Assembly: GCA_029953675.1 (NCBI GenBank) | Contig: JAMWBK010000007.1 | Coordinates: forward strand, 868,001-932,000 | Direction of reading: 5' to 3' | Length of the DNA: 64,000 nucleotides | Source of the DNA: Rhodosorus marinus CCMP1338 | Taxonomy: Eukaryota > Plantae > Rhodophyta | Shown here: piece by piece, positions 37,572 through 48,399 of the stretch | Layout of the letters: every line of letters begins with the position of its first letter | Numbering within the stretch: position 1 is the first letter of the stretch | The notes under the pieces: model-generated | Database searches by the model: none | What the model was told of the DNA's origin: nothing | What the model saw: only the letters and a program-made list of their open reading frames with translations | Position numbers and translations under genes: made by a program

Positions 37572-39235
37572 GCTTGGTTTAGTCGAACCCTCCATAATAG
37601 GCGAAAATAGAGGGTTTTATACGTTTTCTCCTGATTCGACGTCAAAGCATGGGATCCACTTTCAGACTAAAATCTTAGCCCACACAACGTCGAGGGGCTG
37701 AATCCTTGAAGAATTTTCTGAATAAAATTATTATTTAGTGTTCTGTTGGGTTTTGCTTTTGTTTTTGACGTGGAAACGGAGTTCTTGGATACGACGCAAA
37801 AAAGGGACGTGCTAAATACACTTAAAATAGAACCCCTGACTGTTAGGACTGCTGCTCTTTGCTTCAGGAAAAGGGGTCGGTGGAGCGGAAGGGGGAGAGA
37901 TGGTGAGATTTTGGGGACGTTCGTTGATGGAGCTGCAAATCAACGTCTTGTGGAGAATTTTTGGACATTCTTCGGAGCTTCCGTATTAAGAAGAACAAGT
38001 TCCTGGCCGTGAATCAGTTGCACAAGCGCGCCACGATGGGCTTGCGTGGAGACCGAAGCACGGCGGGGGGGGGGAGGGGGAGGGTTTGAGACGGAAGCTT
38101 TTTCGGGGGTTGGAGACGGTAGTTCGATGCTTCTTGGGCGGGTTGCCCAGGTGCTTGACGCTGACGTACGAGGTACACTTTTCCCGACTAGACACCGTAA
38201 ACAGACTTCTGAAAGTTATCTAAAGTTTTCATCCTCTCAGGGTTGCTATATCTGAATAGACGATGTCGGTATCTAAAGCGGAATTTTCTCAAATGCTAGA
38301 GGCCGGCGAGAGTGCAATTCGCACATGATCGCCCCGATGTTTGTTGAGGTGATCGCTGCCTAAACAACCAGGGGTGTTGTCAGGGTGCACAATCCCCCCT
38401 TCTCCTCTCCCCCTCGCCCCAAAACCCCTCCCATAGTCTAGAAAAGCCCGCTTCGATCACCCGAAAACACCAGATGAGTCTGACACAGAGTCAATTCTAC
38501 TAAAAACAAAGAGTCACACAACTACCAATGTCGTCCCCAACTATCTCCCACCCCCCCAAAAAACCAAGACCTCGAATTTATATCAATAATCAAACTCTCA
38601 GCAAACCTCCTCCCCTGGTTTCTTCTTTTTAGATATATATATTTATGCTGCTTCTATATTTAGATAGCCAAACCCAGACGGGAAGACGCGATGGTCCAAA
38701 TTTTCAACTGCTCAGAGCATTGACCTCGGGTTATTTAATTTCAAAATACTTTTGAATTCATCAGTCATTATTATTTAATAGATTGATATTTTTGATTGCC
38801 AATTGATGAGGACGGTGATAGGCGGCAGGGTGGTCTGGAGGGAATGGGTCCGGCGAGTGAGTAGATTTGCCCCTGGATTTGGGGGGATATCGTCGTCAAG
38901 CCAACAGTTTGCATGTGAAGACTGTCAAGATATGAAAGTGTTTATAGAGTGGAAACGATTGCCGAGATGATGGAATTGGTTTGGGTTAGGGGAGAGGAGG
39001 GAGTCCTTTCTTCGGTGAGGACGAGGGTTTCCTGAGCGAAACACATGTTTCTCTCTCGCGAGCGCCTGATGCCAGGTTGTTTCTGTAAACTATTTGATTT
39101 GCTGTCTGCTGCATGGTTTATCGGACCTGAGTTCCTAGTGGGGAGCTCCCAGCGACTCCAAGGACAGCACCACCGCCCGGGATTTGCATGTCCGTCGTTG
39201 TCCTGGACGTGACTTTGGAGGTGGGTTGATAGAGG

Positions 39236-39320
39236 TAGGTACCTGTTCATGCCTTCGGATCCTTTGCTGATGAACGTTAGGTACCTGTTCATGCCTTCGG
39301 ATCCTTTGCTGATGAACGTT
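39236..39320. repeat. Exact 42-bp tandem duplication
   Basis: taggtacctgttcatgccttcggatcctttgctgatgaacgt occurs twice with no mismatch. Confidence 0.97.
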
Positions 39321-40834
39321 TTCTCTGGTTGTGAGCCAAAAAAACTGTCGCCGTTTCGGAGTAGGACCGTGAGATGGCTGTGTTCCAAAAATATAATATT
39401 TTGGTTATATTTAATTGTATTGCTTTTAAACGTAAACACGGTATCGATTTATATGTTTTTTTCGAATTTTTAGGACGTACTGCGACAAAGAGTTTCTTTT
39501 AACACGTTCCCACTCGCAGCAGAATACTCGAATCAACAACCAGCCTGTTGGAGATTTCAACTCTAACTAGGTGTTGGCGGTAAGAGAGAGAGTCAATGAC
39601 AGAGTTGACACAGGTCTGATAAACCATCCTCAGCCTTGAATGAAGAAAGAGAAAACAGCGAAAAGTAATTTCTCTGTGAGCTGGTGATGGTGTAAAGCCG
39701 GTGCGATCTTCCACTTAAAAAGCAGCCTTATCCCATAGCTTCGGAATCGCATTAGTAAGGAGGCCCGCAGACATCAGAAGATGAGCTAGGCACACAAACA
39801 ATAGCCCTGGGGTCGAACGCGGGAGCAACAACTACTTCGACAGCGTATGGAACGTGATTTGAAATGAGCTTCGTGGAACATTGCGCTGGAGTAGCCGCAG
39901 GGTATCGAAGCGTCTATGGGAAATTAATGCAGCATTCTGTTACGTATCCACACACCTAAATACTCAGATTAGGAGTCCACGTGTTCTGCACTACCATAAT
40001 CCTACCCAACCTTGCTCAACCTGGTCGGCCTGACCTCGACGTGGCAATCACACAGTTGAGGCGTTTTTGCTGTTTGAAAGAATGGATTTCTACTTCTTAT
40101 AAAAGTGACAGCAAACCGCTGAGACGATAGATCGAGGGATCCCCCTGAAAACATCCTGAATATTTTCAGCAGATTCAATCCATTCCAAGAGCGCCTCTGG
40201 GTTCTTATAGATATTCGCAGGAGATGTCCTACGATGGACGTTCTCCTGCGAAACCTTGCAGGTTAAGCATCATTTATTGACAATAATATGGAGAGTTCTT
40301 ATGTGGCGGAGCGTGGAAACAGAATTGACACGCTCCCACACCCACAGTTTGAGTCCGATAGCCCTCCCGGTCATGAAAAAAGACACTCGCCGCGCCTTCT
40401 ACAAATCCAGCTGATTGTACGTAGTTTTCTACAGACAGAACAAACACGAAAGGATTGTTAGTTGTTTGCCACGAGATGCTGTATGCTGAAGAAAAGGAAG
40501 AAAACACGGCCCTAAGCGATTATGAATTTGCGGTTTGGAAGGTCCAGCGGCCTCAATCCGCGGTTTAAACAGATTCGGTTTTCCAAACGGGCAGGCGATC
40601 CTGCAGCATGAAGTTTTATTGAGACCTACGTGAGCCAGCAACCAAAGAAAACTCCACGCAAGGGGGGGGGGGAGGAGGGGAAGTGGCTCGATCGCTAGTC
40701 CTCGACCCCAATTCCCCTGCTTCCATCGTGATTCACAGGGATCTCTTTCAACCTTTCCTAGGAAACGAACCCCTGTTTGCTAGTTTTGGGATAAACCGGA
40801 CCAGGATCTCATTCACTCATCAACCTGAGCCTGA

Positions 40835-40951
40835 TGGGGAGCCGTTTCTGTGGAGGCAATAAAAAAAAGCGAATGTGGGTTGGTGGTGGTAATATACCAC
40901 CAACAACCCACATTCGCTTTTTTTTATTGCCTCCACAGAAACGGCTCCCCA
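40835..40951. repeat. 117-bp foldback: 57-bp arms, one mismatch, 3-nt loop
   Basis: tggggagccgtttctgtggaggcaataaaaaaaagcgaatgtgggttggtggtggta-ata-taccaccaacaacccacattcgcttttttttattgcctccacagaaacggctcccca. Confidence 0.97.
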
Positions 40952-42192
40952 GCGCATAAAGAAAAAAAGGACTGCGTTTTCCTTCCGCATTTCATCCTAG
41001 AGAAGAAAAACCAGATTCCAAACGGAAACTTAGCTCATGGTACTCCATACAACTCCTCTCTCCTTCTCCCTCATCGCGGGCCCCCCCACCACCGCCGCTA
41101 ACCCACCGGTCCGACAACCATATTCCATAATACTCCCGAAACGGATGACATCAAATTATTTGAAAAATTGAAGTAGTACCCTAATCATTCATAGCTTTTT
41201 TGGTTAATTTTATAAGAATAGTTGACTTACATGGAACATATGATAATTTTTCTCTAATTCATTTTGCAAAAAATCCCACTCGAATTTTTTTTTTGGTGAC
41301 TAATTTGGTGAGTTTAGATGGAGTCTGCGCCGCATACGTCAAACGGTTCGGTGGGTTGTTGTTAGGTAGAGAGCTCTTTCAGGCTTTATCGAAGGCAGAG
41401 AAAGCTGCAGTATACTATTGAGTTGTTTTGTTTTTTTTTTGGAGGGGGGAGAGGGGGAGGATGAGCGGCTATGGATATATATATATACCGGATTATTTTA
41501 ATTGACTTTTAGGAGCTACGACACAGTTGAAGTTGTATGTTTATTTTTGTCCGGACGGTGGTTGAGGAGGCTCGGGTGGCTTAGCACGGAATATACCACG
41601 GAAAGCACTGAGCTGCTCCTTGTAGATTTCGGGAGCTTGCTGAGGATATCGATTTTGGGTTGAAAAAAGTCAGACTAGGGTACGGCACGGTCTTCGCCGA
41701 TTGAGTTTTTCCGGGCTTCCATCGTAGGAGCAAGAGCCGCCGCATGGAGCTTTCTTTGTCCTTCAGAGCACTACCTCATCATTCGTTGTCGCCTGCAAAC
41801 ATGTTTGATTTCTTGAACTCTTCCTGTGCGCTCTTGACATTTGCACCTACCGGATAAAACCGTGGGAGCACTCTTGAGGTTCCGCGAAAGCGCTTGAAGA
41901 AAAAGAGCTCTGTCTCCTCGGAGAATCCATGTTTGGTAAAGCGCTCACGGTTACGCTGTGAGCGCTTTACCAGGCTGTCGTCCTGATCCCCACGGCTGAT
42001 TCGGATGTTTTGAAGCTCAATATACAATGCTTTAATTACGAGTCCTTTTGTGATGATCCTTCTTCCTTCAACGCCAAAACGCCAAAAACTTTTTCTGCCT
42101 AAGCTTTTTGAAAAGTTTCATTGCCACAACAGCGTTTTTCCTACCGCTCCTGCTCTTCCTGCTTCACCGCCTGGAGCATCGTGTCTGGATGC

Positions 42193-42723
42193 CTACACGT
42201 CTTTTGAGGATCCGGCTCCGTGAACTGTTTGTCGATGTCGCTGTAATTGATCGTTCTTTGCAAAAGTTTTGCCGCAGGATGAGCAAATGAATTGTTTCGG
42301 CTTCGTGTGCATGGCGATCTCATGCTTCCGCAAACCTTTCCCAAAGTAAAATCCCTTTCCACACTCTTTACAATAATGCCGCTTAACCTTCTCATGCACG
42401 CACTTCACGTGACTGCGATACGTGAACATCTTCGTGAAACCCAGTTCACACTCGTGACATATGGTGAGATCATTGTTAAGCCCGTGGAGATACTCGTGGT
42501 AAAGGACCTCACTCTTGAATTTACAAACAGTTTGGCACACGGGGCATTGATGTACGATGGCCGCCTTCTTCTTCGTTGCCACCTCATCCTTCTTCTTCTC
42601 CTCCTTTTCATCTGGAGATCCAGAGCCTGCCTCAGTATCGTCTCCTACGAGGAACGACAGGCTCATTCGGTGCAAGCCACCTTCTTTCCCAGTTCGCTCC
42701 GACATCCAATCTGTCATCAGCAT
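42193..42723 (-). CDS. C2H2 zinc-finger protein with 4 fingers (ZF-D), paralogue of ZF-C, intronless
   Basis: ...MSLSFLV..., CKFKSEVLYH and FTKMFTYRSHVKCVHEKVKRH closely match ZF-C (CKFKGEVLYH, FTKMFAYRNHYKCVHEKVKRH). First ATG at 42723. Confidence 0.93.
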   Translation of the reverse strand: MLMTDWMSERTGKEGGLHRMSLSFLVGDDTEAGSGSPDEKEEKKKDEVATKKKAAIVHQCPVCQTVCKFKSEVLYHEYLHGLNNDLTICHECELGFTKMFTYRSHVKCVHEKVKRHYCKECGKGFYFGKGLRKHEIAMHTKPKQFICSSCGKTFAKNDQLQRHRQTVHGAGSSKDV

Positions 42724-44554
42724 CTCGAACTCATCCAACGCTCACGATCCTCCCAAATATAATTATCATCCAGTCCCAACGGACACAAAAAACAAAGGGC
42801 CTTCTCCCAGCTCCCAACTCTCTTTCCTCCCTGCCGCTGTCTGATAAACCCAGCTTCAACAACATCTGATCGCGCGCTCAAAAGGTTACCTACGACGCAC
42901 CTAACTCAAGGGCTCGAGAAAAAAATAACTTCTTTCATCGTCTCCGTCGAGCCGCTCCCGCTATGGACGGATGGACGCCTTTCCAACCCACACGTTCAAG
43001 CTTTAAGCCGTAGGCTACATGGAAAGCTCATTCCATTTCAAAGACGTTGAGACAGAACTAGAGATTGCAGAGGACAACGCAGAAAAAAAACAAAACGTAC
43101 AAGCCAATACCTGGTGGACAACGAAGATACAATACAGTACACGCCAATAGCCGCCGGTCCACGCGACACCTTCGTGACTCCCCCAACAATGTCCAGGCCA
43201 GCTCGAGCGTTTACCGATTTCCTCGCTACTACAGAAACCAGCACGAAAAGTCTTTTTCCCTGGCAAACACCCCCGCCAAACGCACCTCCCCCCCCCCGAA
43301 ATGCCTGGATATCAGATGACTGGTGGCGTACTTTGCACCCTCACCTCCCCAAAAACAGAAAAAAGAAACCCCAATCCTCTCTCCCCCCCCCAAAACGGTT
43401 GGCACACTCTGCTACAAATTATGACGAACAATCTGTGCGTTTGTATGTGGGAAGACGACTCGGAGGTTAACTTTTTTTTTTCTGGCTTCCAGGGAAAAAG
43501 GGAGGGGAGTCGACCAAGGCCCCCCCCCCCCCTCCCCGGTGTTGACAGGAAAAAGCTGTACCAAAACTGAGTCTACTACCTACTAAACACTAGTAACACC
43601 TCCTCCTCCTCCCCCCCCTTCGCTTCACCCGCACCCTAGTTGACTGTGGAAAAATTGGGTTCTCCAAAAAAAACCGGAACGAGGGATTTCTTTTCTCTGT
43701 TGTGCAACCGAAAAACGAAAAAATGGAAGGGAGGGGGAAGACGGGGATGGAGGGGGGGTGGTTGGTGGGAGGAGGATGCTTCTTTACTTAGTAGATGAAA
43801 AGACCTGTCCTGACTAAACACGGCCGAGGGAACGGACGCTCGTACAAAATGCGGACGGCCGAGGCCCCTTTCTTCACCATCATCGCTTTCTCGATGCGCT
43901 TTACTTTGTTTGTGTTCGAGATGGAAATAATTCCGGGATCGTGCTGGAAGGAAGCGGAAAAAGAAACAAAAAAAAAAAAAAAGCCCCGTGAGGAAATGAC
44001 AGGAGGAAACGGGAGTGGTGGTGGGGGGGAGGGTGTGTGTGGAGGGTCGAGAGATTTTGCGTTGCTACTTTCCTTAAGTGATTGCCACCTGTTCACAGTA
44101 GATAGGTGTCTTCGTTTTTTTTTTTAGTGGTCCTTTTCTGTAGCAGAGAACGAACGATGAATGCGTGACGCAGCTACACCTTTCCATACGAATTGATAAG
44201 CCAAAATTTCCCTCCCCATGCTCGTTCTCCTCCTTTTTTTTTTAACCCGCCAACAAAAAAATTAAAAATAACAAAATATACCATTCATAGCTTTCACCCA
44301 AGGAGTGGTGGAGAGAGCCGCAGCACACACACACCGGAATAAGAACATCCTCTCTAGCCCTTTTCCGAGGCATGTGCGCTTCCCAGAGAGTCCATGCAAG
44401 AACGAAGTTCGGGGAGCAGGGTGGGGGAGGGTAGGCCCAACCCGATCTACTTCTACTGTTTTATGTACGCAATTAACCTTGAAAAAAGTAGTTCTCAGCA
44501 ACATTTTCAGAGAAGTTTGCCTCTTCTCATCTTCGTCGCCCTTCCCCCCATAAA

Positions 44555-44585
44555 TTCACGCACCCCCTCTAGGGGGGTGCGTGAA
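44555..44585. repeat. GC-rich hairpin with a 13-bp stem
   Basis: ttcacgcaccccc-tctag-gggggtgcgtgaa, with imperfect C-run/G-run extension on both sides. Confidence 0.85.
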
Positions 44586-47292
44586 GTTTAAAGGGGGGAG
44601 GGTTTCGAAAAGATGTTACTAAGCAAGTCGTTGTTAGCCCCTCTCATCTTTCTGTGAGGCCATTTTGTAGTTCATAACATATTGATTTCTTTTTTTTTGA
44701 ACTACCAGCGCCAGCAGTTCGAAAAAAACGAAAGGGTAACTTTAGTATCGTTTCGTTTGTTTCGGCTTTTTTTTTAGGTGGGCAAACCAAAAAAATTCAA
44801 TAAATCCAGATAGAAATGAAGATCCACGCCGGGGTTGTAAAATTTTATTTTAGTGATCCACGCTCGTGTATTACTATTACAATTCTTATTTCCTGCGGCC
44901 ATATTTAGGCTTGTCATAAACTGGTCTGATAATTTTTTTCCTGGTTGATAGAATATTGAATAAATGTAGGAGCAAAATGGTCTATCAAACTCTTCCAAAA
45001 AACCTGTCTGATTCAATGGTCCGATAAACAGTCCGATAAAAATATGTATATTCAATCAACATTTGGCTAGTAACATCTCGGGTTCAGTTGTTGAATTATG
45101 ATTATTTATATGTTTGCCAGGCTGTCCCAACCTAAAAATGGGTTTTTCGGAATGCTCAGATTCAGAATTTTTGGAATCAGCGACATTCTGAAGCCATGCA
45201 CGGACACAGTGCAGTAACTGTATATGAATAAACGGATCTATCTAACCGATCCTTTATTGCGCGGCCGGCTAAAGCAGCGCAACACTAATTCGATCACTAT
45301 CGAAAAAAGGTGGACTTTAAGCCTTCACCCCGGAGTCTCTAGCTACGATAAAAAGAAAACGGCGGAACCAGCGGCTGGTCCGACTGATCCACGCGAAGAG
45401 CTGCTAATGAAAGCGTTCACTCCTGAAAGCGTCCTGTTTATCTGAGCGCGTACGTTGCTCAGATCCTCGATCTTTTGTTAGCATACGACTGCATCCTCGA
45501 AGAAGCTCTTGCGTTATCTCTCCTGTCCGTTAAACCCGCTTTTTGCCCTGTTGAGCGGGATTCGACGTGCAATCTGTGAGGGACCTGGGTGAATTCTGGT
45601 GATTTCAGCGCACCCATCTTGCTTGGCGTCTTTTGGGGAGGTTCTTCGGCCCCGGACGCGTCGCCTTGTGCGTTCCGCTGCCTTTGTTCTCAGCGCCCGG
45701 CGCGGGCCGGGAAGCGGAGTTTGAAGTCCCTCTGCCGTGGCTACTGCAATTGCTGATGAGGTTGATGCCCCCTTTATGCAGTGGTGGCGAACCCAATGTG
45801 ACTGATCTGAATTCTCTTCGAAGTGAGTATATCGATCTTTCTATTCCTTGCCCTCGGGCAACCAGGTATCTTCCAGCGTCCGCTAAGCACCGGGGGACCT
45901 TCAGCCATCAATGCGGCGACTGAAATAACCACAGAAAGCTGAGGCGATGATACGCTCTACACCTTGCGGCTCGGCATTGTCAATTCGAATCTTGTTCTAT
46001 TCATCTTCAAGTGCTTTGGCTTAGTTGACAGTGTAGGTTCTACTTGGCACCCTGTTCTCTTTGGTACCGACCCAGGGCGTCTTGATAGCCTCCTCACGAA
46101 GCTGCCTTTGACTCTCTCTGCCGATCAAGACCCTGATCTTTGTTGGACGTGCGTCATCAGCGTCTTGTTTCTCGCTTCGCAGGGTAAGCCCGGAAGAAAC
46201 GGATGGTGACACTGTGTCCCGAAGAAGAAGATCGAAATCCAATCTCTATATCTGTCGTTGATTGAGGAATATCGGACGTCAATCATTTCTCGCACAAGCC
46301 TCTCTTTTATTTCCAATTCAGGTATGATAAACTAATATCGGACACGGGGTGGAAGATAAAAAGTTTAATTATAACGAAATACTGCTATAATATATATATA
46401 TATCGGACGGTCTGATATACCGTCGGCAGATATGACTACCTTCGTATATTCTACCTGGAGACGTTCTAGAAGTATTCGATCCTCTATTCTGGGGTTACTT
46501 TAGTCTGCGGTTACCCCCCGTAATGGGCGGGAAAGTGGCTTTTAGGGAGGAAAAAGAAAAAGGACGCGTCGTCAGTGATTTTCATTTGTTTCTTAGCCAG
46601 CGCAAATTTTTTTTATTAAGGTTAGATTAGGGAACATATGTATTCAAAAGTAAGATAATTACGGATTTTATAGATTCTTGTCTAGTTTTAGTAGATGTGT
46701 GATGGCTCAACGAACCGAGGGGCTCGTGTCCTCGGCAGAGGAGGTCCAGAGACAATGGCACACCGATGCTTCGAAATGTTTAAAAAATATAATTTATAGC
46801 GGATCCTAGGTCACGTGCGACCCGTCTTAATTTTTCTCCAATTATTGCGTGCCCTGTAGTTCGCCCAATGAAGGTAAACCAGAAGAGAGGGGGGGGGGGA
46901 GTAGATTTTGTGTACTTTTCAACCGCTCATGATCTACAACATGTACAAAAAAAATCAGAAAAAGCATATCGGCGGCACGCGCTACCTTCGCCTTTCTATT
47001 ATAAGGAGGGGATCGATGGTGGTTGCTCAAAAATAAAATAAAAAATACTATTTTGGGTTTTTAGAGACTAAGATCTCAAAAACATGGAATTTTCCCCGGC
47101 CAAGGATTCTATGGCCAATGTTGCTAAGCACATTTTGGCTACGCGCCCCGCCACCGAACGGGAACAGTAACCCGTCATGACGTATGATGATGTATAATAA
47201 GGTTTTAGTGCTTTTTTATGAAACGGAATTTTTTGAAAGTTTATTTTCGTACTTTTTCGCGGATTTCGATTTCGGATTGAAAATCGCTGATC

Positions 47293-47618
47293 GGGTAGTC
47301 TTCGCATAGAGAGGGACGTCTGATCTAGTTGGACTTCGACAGACGGGCACATAAGGGCGGGGATACTGTCTATCCTTCCGTTGGGGGTGATCTGCTAGCT
47401 AACAGTTATCGCCTCGCTATCCGTTCTCCATTGAAAAAGAATCTATGGTGGGTAGTCTTGAGGGGAGACGTCCGATCTAGCTGTACTTCGAAAGATGGGA
47501 CAGAAGGGCGGGGGTCCGGTCTATCCTTCCGTTGGTGGTGGTCGATTGGGCCACCAGCTAACGGTTTTCCCCTAACGGTTATCGCCCAACGGTTATCGCC
47601 TCGAGATCCGTTCTCCAT
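47293..47618. repeat. Tandem duplication, period about 157 bp
   Basis: gggtagtctt...gacgtc.gatctag..g.acttcga...aagggcgggg...gtctatccttccgttgg...ttatcgcctcg..atccgttctcca at 47293 and 47450. The second copy has an extra internal (c)ggttatcgcc repeat. Confidence 0.92.
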
Positions 47619-47833
47619 AATCACCGTCATCTGGTCACCGTTATCTCTCATAGTAACACATCAGCTTAAAAGATAAAAATGGCTAAAAGTCGGTCGGAGT
47701 TCTAATCTCAAGACTCTCCGGCAAAAGTTCCGACCGAGGGTGCAGCCAAGTTTCCTTACCTGCGACCTGCTGGCAATCGGTGATCAGAATTAAGAATGCC
47801 GAACGGCTGCTCGCTATGTAACCACTGGACAAC

Positions 47834-48300
47834 GCTGGCGGTTCTTGTCCCGCGTTTGCAGATTGACACTTTGTTTGGTTACCGGCTCGGGGAACGAGCA
47901 GGACGCGAACGAACTTCAGTGGTGGCCTGTGAGGGTTTGTACTCATGCTCGTTTGTTCGGCTATCTACGCTTTGTGGTTGCCACTCTCGTTAAGGCTTAC
48001 GACGCTGGAGGTTGTTGTCCAACGTTCGCGGATAAACTGATTCCACTTCGTTCGAGCAGGACGCAAACGCACTTCAGTGGTGGTCTGTAAGGGTTTGTAC
48101 TCATGCTCCTTTTTTCCGCTATATGCACTTTGCGGCTTCCAGCCTCGCCAAGGCTTACGCTCTCGAGGTTCTTGTCCTACGTTCGCGGATAGTTGACCGC
48201 GTTTTGTTTTATTTTGTATCGGCTTCGTGATCTAATGGGAAGCAAACGAACCTCAGCGGTGATTCTTTTAGGATTTGGACTCACAATCGTTTCCTCCTCT
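47834..48300. repeat. Degenerate tandem array, about 3 units of 158-180 bp
   Basis: gagcaggacgc.aacg.acttcagtggtgg.ctgt.agggtttgtactcatgctc at 47896 and 48054, a weaker third copy near 48239, and g.ggtt.ttgtcc at about 47834, 48004 and 48162. Confidence 0.88.
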
Positions 48301-48399
48301 ATCTAGTTTTTACGGTTGCCATCCCCTCCAAGCCAAGGCAAGAGAAGAAGCAGGCATGCGCAATGCCGACGAGTGAGGCCGACATCATAAGTCATCATC

